From Candidatus Caldarchaeales archaeon (GTDB taxonomy: Archaea; Thermoproteota; Nitrososphaeria_A; Caldarchaeales; Calditenuaceae): a stretch of DNA of 64,000 nt. The DNA is taken from contig JBCNVM010000004.1 of the NCBI GenBank assembly GCA_039630085.1, forward strand, positions 32,001 through 96,000, given 5' to 3'. Below the pieces are notes generated by a model that was given only the letters and a program-made list of their open reading frames with translations, was not told the DNA's origin and did not search any database. Of the stretch, positions 26,870 through 36,039 are shown in pieces. The stretch's first letter is position 1, and each line of letters begins with the position of its first letter. Position numbers and translations under genes: made by a program.

Positions 26870-27706
26870 TTGGAAGCGTTCGTTCCCTACTCGAGGTGTG
26901 GGAAGCTACTGCAGGCGGTCGAGGAGGCAGGGCTCGATGTCGAGGAGGCCGCAGAGGTTCTCCTCGAGTACGGCAGGCTGAAGGCCGAGCTAGGGGGAGA
27001 ATCACGGTGCTCGCTGAGCGCGCTGGTGGAAGAAAAGGTGGTACGGGCCTTAGGAAGGGAGCGCGAGGATGCCGAGAGGCTCAGGGAGGTCGGGGAGCAG
27101 TTCAACGCGCTCGTCCTCCTCTTCTCCAACTCCGGGAAGGTCAGCCCCGAGTCGCTCAGGAAGTTGGGATCGCTGCTGGCGAAGCTGGGCTCGTCGATGG
27201 AGTCGGGAGCCGTTCTTGTCGACGACCGCACCCTCGAGAGGGTGAGGACGCTGCTCGCGGAGCTGATCGCTCAATCCGTGAGGGAGAAGTTCGTTCCGAT
27301 CTGGATGTTCTCGATGCTCGAGAGGAGCCTCAGGGAGGCGAGGGAGCTGCTCAGGGAGGTTGAGCTCGAGAACGAGAGGCTCAGGAGGGCGGTGAGGGAG
27401 GGCGGGCTGAGCGTCCCGGTCGCAAGGCTCTACTCGGTGAGCGGACTACTGATCGAGGAGACCCCTGTCAAACCCTCGGGCGTGACGGCGTTGATGAGGT
27501 GCGAGCTCTGCAAGGAGGCGGTGCACGTCAACCTGCCCTCGAGGGGGGAGTGCGAGGAGGCCGCGAAGACCGGCTCGGTCTTCAGGTTCCACTGCCCCTG
27601 GTGCGGCGCCCTGAAGGACCTCTCGCCGGAGGCGGTAGCCTTCATGGTCGACGGCGCGCGCCCCTCCGAATGCAGTGAGGCGATGGACCTCCACCCCTCG
27701 AGCTGA
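26870..27706 (+). CDS. Hypothetical coiled-coil protein with C-terminal Zn finger
   Basis: Helical E/R-rich body; CELC...CPWC. Confidence 0.7.
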   Translation: MEAFVPYSRCGKLLQAVEEAGLDVEEAAEVLLEYGRLKAELGGESRCSLSALVEEKVVRALGREREDAERLREVGEQFNALVLLFSNSGKVSPESLRKLGSLLAKLGSSMESGAVLVDDRTLERVRTLLAELIAQSVREKFVPIWMFSMLERSLREARELLREVELENERLRRAVREGGLSVPVARLYSVSGLLIEETPVKPSGVTALMRCELCKEAVHVNLPSRGECEEAAKTGSVFRFHCPWCGALKDLSPEAVAFMVDGARPSECSEAMDLHPSS

Positions 27707-27765
27707 CGCGGAGTCAGTCAACGGAGTAGGCGAAGTCGTTCGCCGCAAGGGCTCATATAGGGACG

Positions 27766-29079
27766 TTGAGGAGTCGCGACGGATTGAGGATACCCCTCGA
27801 GCCTCCGAAGGGGATGGACGACTTCGGCCCGGAGGAGTTCGCGCTCCACGAGCGGCTGACAAGCGTCGCGAGGTCGGTGATGAGGTTGTACGGCTACAGC
27901 CCGGTCGAGACGCCTCCCGTCGAGTACTTCGAGGTCTTCGCGGCGAAGAGCGGCGAGGAGATCCTGAGCCACATGTACTCCTTCGAGGACCCGCACGGTA
28001 GGAGGTTGGTGCTCAGGCCCGAGATGACCGCCGCCGTCGCGAGGCTCTTCGCGTCGAGGCTGAGCAGGAGGCCCCTCCCGCAGAGGCTCGCCTACATCGC
28101 GGACTGCTACAGGCTCGACGATCCACAGTGGGGCAGGAGGAGGAGGTTCTACCACGCCGGGTTCGAGCTGATCGGGGTCAGGGACCCATACGCCGACGTC
28201 GAGCAGGTCCTCATCTGCAGGGACTTCATGGAGGCGGTGGGCATCCCGGACTTCTCGGTCAAGCTCGGTCACGTCGGGGTCCACAGGGCCGTCCTGAGGG
28301 CCTGCGGGCTCGAGGCCGAAGGCGCCGACGCGGTCCTCTCGCTGATCGACAGGGGAAGGGCCGACGAGGCGATCGCGCTGGTGAGGTCGAGGTCGAACTC
28401 GGCGAACGCGGCCGAAGTCTACGAGGAGCTGATCAGGAGCGAGGTCGAGCACCCAAGTGAGCTGACCGAGGTCCTCGGCGAAGTCGAGGGCGCGAGGCCC
28501 CAGCTCGAGGAGCTGATCGAGGTTTACGGTGCCCTCGGGGAGCTCCTCGGCGAGGGTAGGGTCCGTTTCGTCCCGGGCTTCGCGAGGGGGCTCAGCTATT
28601 ACACCGGGACGATCTTCGAGGTCTACGGGCCCTTAGCGAACGTCGCGCTGGCCGGAGGCGGTAGGTATGACGGTCTCATCGGGCTTTTCGGCGGGAGGGA
28701 CTTCCCTGCGGTGGGGGTCGCGATCGGGATCACTAGGGTCATGCAGTACCTGACCGACAGGGCGGGGATCAGGGCCGCGCCTTCAGGACCCGCGGCGGTG
28801 GTGAGGCCGGTAACGCCGCAGGAGAGGCTCTACGCGGCCAAGGTGGCGGGCCTGCTGAGGAGAGTAGGGATCGAGGCCGAGCTGGCGTTCCCCGGCAGGC
28901 CGGTCGGAGAGGAGCTGGGGCTCGCTTCGGAGCGGGGCGTGAGGTTCGTCGCGCTGGTCGGCCCCCGGGAGAGGGAGAGGGGGACGGTCTCCGTGAAGGA
29001 CCTGAGGACCGGCGAGCAGCTGGAGCTGGAGCTCGAGTCGCTGACGTCGGAGCTGGTGAGCGGTGTTGGCGCTCGTTGA
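27766..29079 (+). CDS. hisS: Histidine--tRNA ligase
   Basis: PKGMDD, LRPEMTA, motif 2 YRLDDPQWGRRRRFYH, ARGLSYYTG, GGGRYD, anticodon-binding domain. Confidence 0.95.
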   Translation: MRSRDGLRIPLEPPKGMDDFGPEEFALHERLTSVARSVMRLYGYSPVETPPVEYFEVFAAKSGEEILSHMYSFEDPHGRRLVLRPEMTAAVARLFASRLSRRPLPQRLAYIADCYRLDDPQWGRRRRFYHAGFELIGVRDPYADVEQVLICRDFMEAVGIPDFSVKLGHVGVHRAVLRACGLEAEGADAVLSLIDRGRADEAIALVRSRSNSANAAEVYEELIRSEVEHPSELTEVLGEVEGARPQLEELIEVYGALGELLGEGRVRFVPGFARGLSYYTGTIFEVYGPLANVALAGGGRYDGLIGLFGGRDFPAVGVAIGITRVMQYLTDRAGIRAAPSGPAAVVRPVTPQERLYAAKVAGLLRRVGIEAELAFPGRPVGEELGLASERGVRFVALVGPRERERGTVSVKDLRTGEQLELELESLTSELVSGVGAR

Positions 29080-29881
29080 CCCGTACCTCATCCTCGAGGC
29101 CGCCGCCGTCCTCGCTTTCCTCGGGGTCCTGATCTGGAGGACGAGGGTCCTCGACCTGAAGGGCACCGTTGCAGCGCTGGCGGTGGGCGCCGCCGTCTAC
29201 CTGACGATGGGCAGGGGAGGGATCGCGGTGCTGCTCACGTTCCTCGCGGTCTCCGCGGTCTTCACGAGGGTCGGTTACGATAGGAAGAGGGCGCTGGGCG
29301 CGGCGGAGCTGAAGGGCGGCGTGAGGGGCTGGAGGAACGTCCTCGGGAACGGGTCCGTCGCTGCCGGAGCTGCAATCCTCTACCACGTCGACCCGGCGAG
29401 GTTTCACGTCTACTCGGTGGCGATGGTCTGCTCGATAGCCGCGGTCTTCGCCGACACGATGGCCACGGAGATCGGCCTCCTCAGCAGGGGCAGGGTCCTC
29501 TCGATAATAGGGTTCAGGGAGGTCAAGCCTGGAGAGCCGGGGGGCGTGACGCTCTACGGATACGGCGGCGCCGCTCTCGCGGGGCTCCTGACTTGGGCCG
29601 TATCCGCGGTCGGCTTCCCCAACCCCCTCGATCCGGCTAAGCTGCTCGGTGCCACGATGCTCTCCGCGATATCGGGGACGACCGTCGACAGCGTCGCGGG
29701 CCAGCTCCTGCAGGGCAGGTACAGGTGCGGCGAGTGCAACGCGATAGTTGAGCATCCCGAGCACTGCGGCCAGTCAACCGTCCACCTCTCCGGGCTGAAG
29801 TTCGTCGACAACCACGTCGTGAACGCGATCTGCGCGCTCACGGGCGCGGCGGTTGGCGTCGCCTACTTCTCGGTCGCTTGA
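29063..29881 (+). CDS. DUF92 (TMEM19/VTE6-like) membrane protein
   Basis: RGWRNVLGNG, ADTMATEIG, PGEPGGVT, DSVAG, DNHVVN; C-terminal CGEC..HC. Confidence 0.88.
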   Translation: MLALVDPYLILEAAAVLAFLGVLIWRTRVLDLKGTVAALAVGAAVYLTMGRGGIAVLLTFLAVSAVFTRVGYDRKRALGAAELKGGVRGWRNVLGNGSVAAGAAILYHVDPARFHVYSVAMVCSIAAVFADTMATEIGLLSRGRVLSIIGFREVKPGEPGGVTLYGYGGAALAGLLTWAVSAVGFPNPLDPAKLLGATMLSAISGTTVDSVAGQLLQGRYRCGECNAIVEHPEHCGQSTVHLSGLKFVDNHVVNAICALTGAAVGVAYFSVA

Positions 29882-29885
29882 GGCC

Positions 29886-30542
29886 TCACCAGTCCGACAG
29901 GCCGCTCCGGATCACGCCCTCTCTGTACTCAACCGGGTCGAACTCATGGACGCTGACGCTGTCGACCTCGATAATCATCACCGAGTGAAGCCTCGCGTTC
30001 CTGAGCTCCTCCATCGAGACCGGCGGCCTCGAGTAGTAGAGGTCGCAGAGGGCCCTCATCTCCTCCAGCTCGTCCTGCGCCCTCTTCGAGGGCGGCTTGA
30101 CGATGGCCCTGTGGATCTCGAGGACGTTGTACCGGGGGGTCGCGAGAGCGAACCGGTCCGCGTAGGCGCTGTACCTCGCCACCTTGCTCACGATCCTCGC
30201 CCTCAGGTACGTGAGCGGATCGAGGGCGTGCTCGGGGGGAGTGAAGCCCGTTTCAATCTCGACGATGAGGGTCCCGTCGCCCTTCCTGCCGTAGACGTCA
30301 CAGACGAGCGGCTCCTCGAGCGGGTGCTCAACGTCGACCTCGTAACCCTTTGATGCCAGATAGGCCGCACAGACCATCTCCATCACCGAGTGGTTGATCT
30401 TGACCACGCCCTTCGAGTTGAGGTCGATCAGCTTCTCCACAGCCCCCGACAGCCGCCCCTTCACGCCGACGCCGTACCTCGACCCTATCGCGTCGAGTAG
30501 TGTCCTGACGTCCTCGGCGAACCTGTTCTCCGCCCCCCTCAT
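29886..30542 (-). CDS. Conserved PD-(D/E)XK-like hypothetical protein
   Basis: NHSVME, VEHPL, CDVYG, VEIETGF pattern. Confidence 0.7.
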   Translation of the reverse strand: MRGAENRFAEDVRTLLDAIGSRYGVGVKGRLSGAVEKLIDLNSKGVVKINHSVMEMVCAAYLASKGYEVDVEHPLEEPLVCDVYGRKGDGTLIVEIETGFTPPEHALDPLTYLRARIVSKVARYSAYADRFALATPRYNVLEIHRAIVKPPSKRAQDELEEMRALCDLYYSRPPVSMEELRNARLHSVMIIEVDSVSVHEFDPVEYREGVIRSGLSDW

Positions 30543-30659
30543 CGGGTCCTTCCGCGGGCCGCTGTCAGCCCGTCAATTAGTAGTTGCGAGCGGACGCTTC
30601 CCCTCCACGCGACGTCGAGGAGACCCGATTTTTATCTGGGCTCGGAGACGACGGCCGGG

Positions 30660-32228
30660 TTGGCCGCGCCTAGGGCCCTAACGGACGTAAGGGTCTTCGC
30701 GTCGGGGGCAGCCGTGATGATCGTCGAGATCGCGGGAGGGAGGGTAGTGAACGCGGTCTACGGGAGCTCCGCGGTCATCTGGGGAGGGGTGATAGGGGTG
30801 GTGCTCTCGGCGCTCGCGGCTGGCTATTACGTCGGCGGGAGACTCGCGGACCGGTTCGACCCGGGGAAAGTCATGGCCGCGATGATGGCCTCTGCGGGGG
30901 CGTACGTCGCGGCGCTGCCCATCGTGATCGCGGTCGTGGGCTCCTCCCCCGGACTGATCCGACTCGACGAGCGGCTGGGATCGGTCGTGATGGGGTCGGC
31001 TGTGGTGGGCGTGCCCAGCTTCTTCCTAGGCGGGGTCGTCCCCTCCGCCGTGAGGCTTCTCTCCGAGGGCAGGTCCGGGATCGGGTCGGTCTCGGGGAAC
31101 GTCTACGCCCTCTCGACCGCGGGCAGCATCGTCGGCTCCTTCGCCACCACCTTCTTCCTCCTCCAGCACGCGGAGATCAACGCGATCTTCATAGCCACAG
31201 GCTTGACGACGGTCGTCTTGGCGCTGATTGGGGGCGGCGGAGGGAGGGCCGTGAACGCGCTGACCGCAGCCGCGGTCCTTGCTGTCCTCGTGACGTCCCC
31301 GACGCTGCTAACATGCACCGCCGCGTACGCCGGAGAGGTGAGGCTCGTCACCGACTCCGAGTACTCGAGGATAGTCGTGGTCGACAGCGCGGGAATCAGG
31401 CACCTCTTCATCAACGGTCTGCTGCACAGCGGAATGGAGCTCGGCGACCCGACTTCCCTGCCCTTCGAGTACACGAGGCTCTTCGTGCTGGGCCCGCTCC
31501 TCAACCCGAGCTCGAGGACCGCGCTCTTCGTCGGGGGAGGAGGCTTCTCGGGCCCCAAGTTCTTCGCGGAGAGGTACGAAGGGCTCTCCGTCACCGTCGT
31601 CGAAATAGACGGGAAGGTCGTGGAGATCGCGAGGAGTTACTTCCACCTCGACGAGTACGAGCGGGAGATCGAGGTCGTCGTGATGGACGGGAGGAGGTAC
31701 CTCGCCCTGACCGAGGAGCGGTTCGACGTGGTCGTCCTCGACGCCTACTCAAAGAACTACATCCCGTTCCACATGGTCACTAGGGAGTTCTTCGAGGTCC
31801 TGAGCTCGAAGCTGAACGAGGGAGGCGTCGTGGTCTCGAACGTCATCGCCTCGCTCTCGGGTCCCGCGTCGGCGATACTCTGGGCCTACGTGAGGACCGC
31901 GATGGACGTCTTCAGGGGGGAGGTGCTGGTGGTCCCCGTCTCGTCTGGCAACCCGCTCGACGTCCAGAACGTGATCGTGGTCTTCGGGAAGAGGCCGCTA
32001 CCTGAGCCCGGGGAGCTGGTCGAGGCCGTGAGGTCCGACCCGGTGGCGTCGTCGCTGGGCATCGAGGGCGCCGTCTCGAGGGCCTTCGTCGTGAGGGAAC
32101 CACCTCCGGACGCGGTCCTGATCACCGACGGCTTCGCGCCTGTCGAGAACCTCATGAACCCCGTCACGATGAGCAGGTTCGGCGAGGGATACGTCGCAGG
32201 GGTCTGGGGCCCTTCCCTCTGCGGGTGA
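30660..32228 (+). CDS. Membrane-domain + spermidine-synthase-like SAM-fold fusion protein
   Basis: N-terminal TM block (SGAAVMIVEI, YALSTAGSIVG); C-terminal FVGGGG, VEID, DGRRYL, DVVVLDAY, TREFF. Confidence 0.87.
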   Translation: MAAPRALTDVRVFASGAAVMIVEIAGGRVVNAVYGSSAVIWGGVIGVVLSALAAGYYVGGRLADRFDPGKVMAAMMASAGAYVAALPIVIAVVGSSPGLIRLDERLGSVVMGSAVVGVPSFFLGGVVPSAVRLLSEGRSGIGSVSGNVYALSTAGSIVGSFATTFFLLQHAEINAIFIATGLTTVVLALIGGGGGRAVNALTAAAVLAVLVTSPTLLTCTAAYAGEVRLVTDSEYSRIVVVDSAGIRHLFINGLLHSGMELGDPTSLPFEYTRLFVLGPLLNPSSRTALFVGGGGFSGPKFFAERYEGLSVTVVEIDGKVVEIARSYFHLDEYEREIEVVVMDGRRYLALTEERFDVVVLDAYSKNYIPFHMVTREFFEVLSSKLNEGGVVVSNVIASLSGPASAILWAYVRTAMDVFRGEVLVVPVSSGNPLDVQNVIVVFGKRPLPEPGELVEAVRSDPVASSLGIEGAVSRAFVVREPPPDAVLITDGFAPVENLMNPVTMSRFGEGYVAGVWGPSLCG

Positions 32229-32267
32229 CCACCTCCACTTTTTAACCGGAGACACAGGAGAGGCCCG

Positions 32268-32948
32268 ATGCTCGGGCTCCGGGAGCTGATAGGACTGATC
32301 CTCAGGTCGGAGGGTGTGACGTACGAGCTGAGGACGGTCGAGGGCGCGGGCGTGATCGAGACCGCGAACTCCTCGATCAGGGTCGAGGACTCTGGGAGGT
32401 TCGAGGTGTTGACGAGGCGGGGCGAGCGCTTCTCGGGACATGCCATCCTCTCATCCGAGGGCTTCGTGAGCCTCAGACTGAAGGACCCCTCCCTGAACTT
32501 CGACTACTCGCACTTCCTGCCGCACATCGAGAAGTGCTCGACGCTGCACGGCCACACCGCGACCGTCTCGCTGGAGGTCCTGGGGCTGATGGGGAGCGGC
32601 GGGTACTTGATCGACTTCGGCGAGCTGAAGAGGGCGCTGAAGTCCGTGTTGAACGAGCTCGACCACAAGCTGATAGCCTCCGTCAGATACGTCGTGGACT
32701 CTGCAGACGGTCGGGTGACGCTGAGGTTCCTCGGGAAGGGCGGGGAGTACGCACTCACTTTGCCCTCAGACCGGGTCGTGCTCCTTAAGGGTGAGTCGAC
32801 TGCCGAGAACATCTCGATGCACATCGCGAGGAGGGTCGCGGAGCTCCTCGGAGCGGCGCCGCTGCTCGTCAGGGTGGAGCTCAGCGAGGGGCTGGGAAAG
32901 TCGGCGGTCTCCGAGGTCCTCGTCTCGGGGAGGGCTTCCGGTCCTTGA
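32268..32948 (+). CDS. queD: 6-carboxy-tetrahydropterin synthase (PTPS/QueD) with N-terminal extension
   Basis: FDYSH, CSTLHGH, IDFGELK, LDHKL, STAEN. Confidence 0.88.
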   Translation: MLGLRELIGLILRSEGVTYELRTVEGAGVIETANSSIRVEDSGRFEVLTRRGERFSGHAILSSEGFVSLRLKDPSLNFDYSHFLPHIEKCSTLHGHTATVSLEVLGLMGSGGYLIDFGELKRALKSVLNELDHKLIASVRYVVDSADGRVTLRFLGKGGEYALTLPSDRVVLLKGESTAENISMHIARRVAELLGAAPLLVRVELSEGLGKSAVSEVLVSGRASGP

Positions 32949-33598
32949 CCGGTTCCCTCGTCCTGCTCTCGGGGGGCATAGACTCCGCGACTGCCCTCTT
33001 CATGGAGACGAGGTCCTCGGACCGGGTCGTCACGCTCTCGGTGAACTACCACAAGAGGAACCAGAGGGAGGCGGAGGCCGCGAGGAATATCGCGCGGGCC
33101 GCGGGCGTCAGCGAGCACCTCGAGGTCGACCTGCGGTTCATGCGGGAGGCGATGGACCTCGACGAGGAGATCAGGCGGGAGGTTACCGAGCTCGGCGTCC
33201 CTCTCACATTCATCCCGTTCAGGAACCTCGTCTTCTACTCCGTTGGTCTTTACTACGCGTACGTCCTCAGGCTCGAGAGGGCGGTCGTCGGGCACGTCTT
33301 CGAGGACGCCTCGCTCTTCCCCGACGTGGGGGAGCTGAACATCGCGGCCCTGAACGGGATCGTCGAGAGGATGGTGCCGTGGAGGAGGCTGAGGGTCGTC
33401 GCGCCCCTGCTCGGGATGACGAAGGAGGAGGTCGTGAGGACCGCGATCGAACTCGGCGTCCCCTTGGAGCTGACATGGAGCTGCTGGCTCGAGGGCGAGA
33501 GGCAGTGCGGGAGGTGTCCCGGGTGCAGGAAGAGGAGGGAGACGTTCGCGAGGACGGGCTTTCCGGACCCGACCGAGTACGAGACCCCTAACCCCTGA
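32945..33598 (+). CDS. queC: 7-cyano-7-deazaguanine synthase
   Basis: LLSGGIDS, PFRN, FPD, TWSC..CGRCPGC Zn motif. Confidence 0.92.
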   Translation: MTGSLVLLSGGIDSATALFMETRSSDRVVTLSVNYHKRNQREAEAARNIARAAGVSEHLEVDLRFMREAMDLDEEIRREVTELGVPLTFIPFRNLVFYSVGLYYAYVLRLERAVVGHVFEDASLFPDVGELNIAALNGIVERMVPWRRLRVVAPLLGMTKEEVVRTAIELGVPLELTWSCWLEGERQCGRCPGCRKRRETFARTGFPDPTEYETPNP

Positions 33599-35030
33599 GG
33601 AGCCTCACGGACCTGAGCCTTATGTGGGGCCCTCCGAACCAGACCGGGATCGCCTGCATCGGGTCTCCCTTCCCGCAGTAGCCCGCGGTCATCTGGAGGT
33701 CCTTCCCGACCGCGTCTACCGACGAGTAGAGCGTCCTCGTGGTGACCTCGAGGATAGGTCTGAAGACCGGCTCCGCGAGCTCGCCGTCCCGGATCGCGTA
33801 GGCCTCGACTCCGACGTAGCGCTGGTTCCACCGCTTGTCGTCGATGTTCCACTCGGAGTAGGTCTTGATGTAGACGCCGGCCCTCACGTCCTCGATCAGC
33901 TCGTCGAAGCCGAAGTCGCCGGGCTTCATGTAGGTATTAGCCATTCTCACGATCGGCTCCCTGTCGTAGCTCGAGGCCCTGGAGGAGCCGTTGCTGCTCG
34001 TCCCTAGGTCGGCGGCGGTCTGTCTGTTCTGTAGGAGCTCCTTGATCACACCCCTCTCTATCAGCAGCCTCTCCCTCGCCCTCACGCCCTCGTCGTCGTA
34101 GAGGTAGAACCCGTAGGACCCGGGCAGCGTCGGGTCGTCCGCGACCGTGACGTGCTCAGAACCGATCCTCGTGCCTATCAGCTCCCGCTTGATGTAGGTC
34201 TCGCCGGCCTGCGCCGCCTCCCTGCCCAGCATCCTGTCGGCCTCACCGGGATGGCCAGCGGACTCGTGGCAGATCAGCCCGACGACCTCCGGCCCGATGA
34301 CGACATCGACCGCCCCCTCCGGCGGAGCCACTCCACCGACCACCGCCCTCGCGACGCCCTCCGCGTCCTCAAGGAGCTCCTCGTCGAGCCTCCACCGCTC
34401 GACCCCCTCCCAGCCCCTCGTCTCGCCGAAGTCCCTGTGCCGCATTTGGGACCTCCCTTGATGATGGACGTGATAGACGAAGCTCAGGGCGACCCTGGGG
34501 ATGCTGGTGAAGACGTCGGCGCCGTCCGAGTTGATCACGTGCTTGACCGTGTATCCGCACGAAAGGCTGAAGAATCTGGAGGGCGCTTCGGCTCCGAGCC
34601 TCTTCGCGCCCTGAACGACCGCGGCGTCCGCCGATCTGAGGAGCTCGGTCTTGTCGGAGACGTCGACGTCCTCGTGCCTGACCCTTGGCTTCACGACGAC
34701 CCTCTCCCTTCCCATCTCCTCGTGAGACATCTCGATCGGCTTCCTCCTCGTCCTCGCCGATGCCCTCGCCAGACTGACCGCCTCCTCGACGGCCTGTTTC
34801 AGCGCGGTGGGCCTGAGGACGTTCGTCGAGGAGAAGCCGAGGGCTCCCTCGACCAGGACCCTGACCCCGACCCCGCGAGAGACGGTCGTGCCGCCTGCCA
34901 CCGGGAAACCGTTCCTGAGGGCTATCGACTCCCTGACCTCGCTTTGATACCTGACCTCGGCGTACTTGGCGCCCCGCTGGAGGGCGTGCTCGAGGGCCCT
35001 CCTCAGTAGGTCCTCTTGAGTCCCTTCCAA
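33588..35030 (-). CDS. tldD: TldD/PmbA-family metalloprotease (TldD-type)
   Basis: HESAGHPGEAD (HExxxH), DDEG, RMANT, CGKG; start placed at TTG 35030. Confidence 0.9.
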   Translation of the reverse strand: MEGTQEDLLRRALEHALQRGAKYAEVRYQSEVRESIALRNGFPVAGGTTVSRGVGVRVLVEGALGFSSTNVLRPTALKQAVEEAVSLARASARTRRKPIEMSHEEMGRERVVVKPRVRHEDVDVSDKTELLRSADAAVVQGAKRLGAEAPSRFFSLSCGYTVKHVINSDGADVFTSIPRVALSFVYHVHHQGRSQMRHRDFGETRGWEGVERWRLDEELLEDAEGVARAVVGGVAPPEGAVDVVIGPEVVGLICHESAGHPGEADRMLGREAAQAGETYIKRELIGTRIGSEHVTVADDPTLPGSYGFYLYDDEGVRARERLLIERGVIKELLQNRQTAADLGTSSNGSSRASSYDREPIVRMANTYMKPGDFGFDELIEDVRAGVYIKTYSEWNIDDKRWNQRYVGVEAYAIRDGELAEPVFRPILEVTTRTLYSSVDAVGKDLQMTAGYCGKGDPMQAIPVWFGGPHIRLRSVRLLRG

Positions 35031-35317
35031 GCCGCGCTCCTCCCCGCGTCGCCCCATTCCTCGCCGCTCTCCTCAATCCTCCTCTTTACCCTCTCGAGGA
35101 GCGCCCTGATCTTCCCCAAGAGGTCCTGGAGCTCGACCCTGAGGTCCTGCGGCAGCGAGGGGTCGTTCAGCGCTGACCAGAGCGTCGCCTCGGCCTCCGT
35201 GAGCTGGGAGAAGACGTAGTCCAGCCGCGAGCCGGACTCGCTCAGCGCGGACCACAGCTTCATCCCTTCCCTGACCTCAGCGATCAGTTCCCTAACGGTC
35301 TTCTGGTCGACGACCAT
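35003..35317 (-). CDS. Small alpha-helical hypothetical protein
   Basis: ATG start, genome-typical codon usage, overlaps the tldD start. Confidence 0.6.
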   Translation of the reverse strand: MVVDQKTVRELIAEVREGMKLWSALSESGSRLDYVFSQLTEAEATLWSALNDPSLPQDLRVELQDLLGKIRALLERVKRRIEESGEEWGDAGRSAAWKGLKRTY

Positions 35318-35403
35318 CTAGCGCCGGCTCTACTTCGTCACCGAGGGATATATTGGTGTTTCCGAAGAACTGCCGAAAACGTGCATACGGCCTGAGATAA
35401 GAC

Positions 35404-35419
35404 GTATAACCCGCTATAC
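35404..35419. promoter_or_regulatory. Inverted repeat GTATA-N6-TATAC overlapping the promoter of the RHH gene
   Basis: Perfect 5-bp inverted repeat 15-30 nt upstream of GTG 35434, flanked by ACGT on both sides. Confidence 0.45.
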
Positions 35420-35433
35420 ACGTTCATAATGAC

Positions 35434-36039
35434 GTGGAGAGCGCCCCCAACCGGCGGACGACGATCGCCGTGCGGAGGGACATCCTGAAACAGCTCTCCT
35501 CGCTCGCGAAGGAGCGCAAGATGAGCGTCTACGCCCTCAGCAACAGCATCCTCGAGCAGGCGATCGAGGTGATCAAGGAGAGCGGGAGCGACAGGGTGAT
35601 CGCCAACCTCTGGAGGGTCCAGAGGATCCTGAGGGACTTCGACGCGGTTGTCGTTCCCTCCTACTTCATGGACATGCTGATCTCGGAGTTCTACAGGCTC
35701 GACAGGGAGAGGCTCCTCTCGCTCTTCGCACAGCTGGGGAAGGACGTCGGGACGCTCGCCCGGGACTACGCGAGGACCTTTGACGAGCTGATCTCGCTCA
35801 CCACACTTTTCGTCTACTTCTTCCCCCTCAAGAGAATTGAGCTGAAGGACTCCGGAGATAACGCGAAGGAGATCACGATCGTGGGCGCTGGAGGGACCAT
35901 CGAGTCGACGGAGGCGGTCTTCGAGGCGGTGAAGGAGATCCTCAACAGCTACGGAGTCAAGGTGGTGAACCACACGCTCTCCCGAGGCCTGATCAAGATG
36001 GCGGTATCGCCGGCACCAAGCGAGGCTCAGGGGCCGTAG
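35434..36039 (+). CDS. Ribbon-helix-helix protein with C-terminal V4R-like domain
   Basis: RTTIAVRRDILKQLSSLAKERKMSVYAL fits an RHH pattern; the C-terminal fold is inferred. Confidence 0.7.
   Translation: MESAPNRRTTIAVRRDILKQLSSLAKERKMSVYALSNSILEQAIEVIKESGSDRVIANLWRVQRILRDFDAVVVPSYFMDMLISEFYRLDRERLLSLFAQLGKDVGTLARDYARTFDELISLTTLFVYFFPLKRIELKDSGDNAKEITIVGAGGTIESTEAVFEAVKEILNSYGVKVVNHTLSRGLIKMAVSPAPSEAQGP

Noticed and set aside
29886-30542. Possible restriction or defence nuclease
   Set aside because: No methyltransferase, toxin partner or mobile context; looks like a conserved housekeeping hypothetical
32268-33598. queD-queC as a 7-deazaguanine DNA-modification (dpd) system
   Set aside because: No dpdA/TGT-like or dpdB-like gene nearby; archaeosine tRNA modification explains the pair
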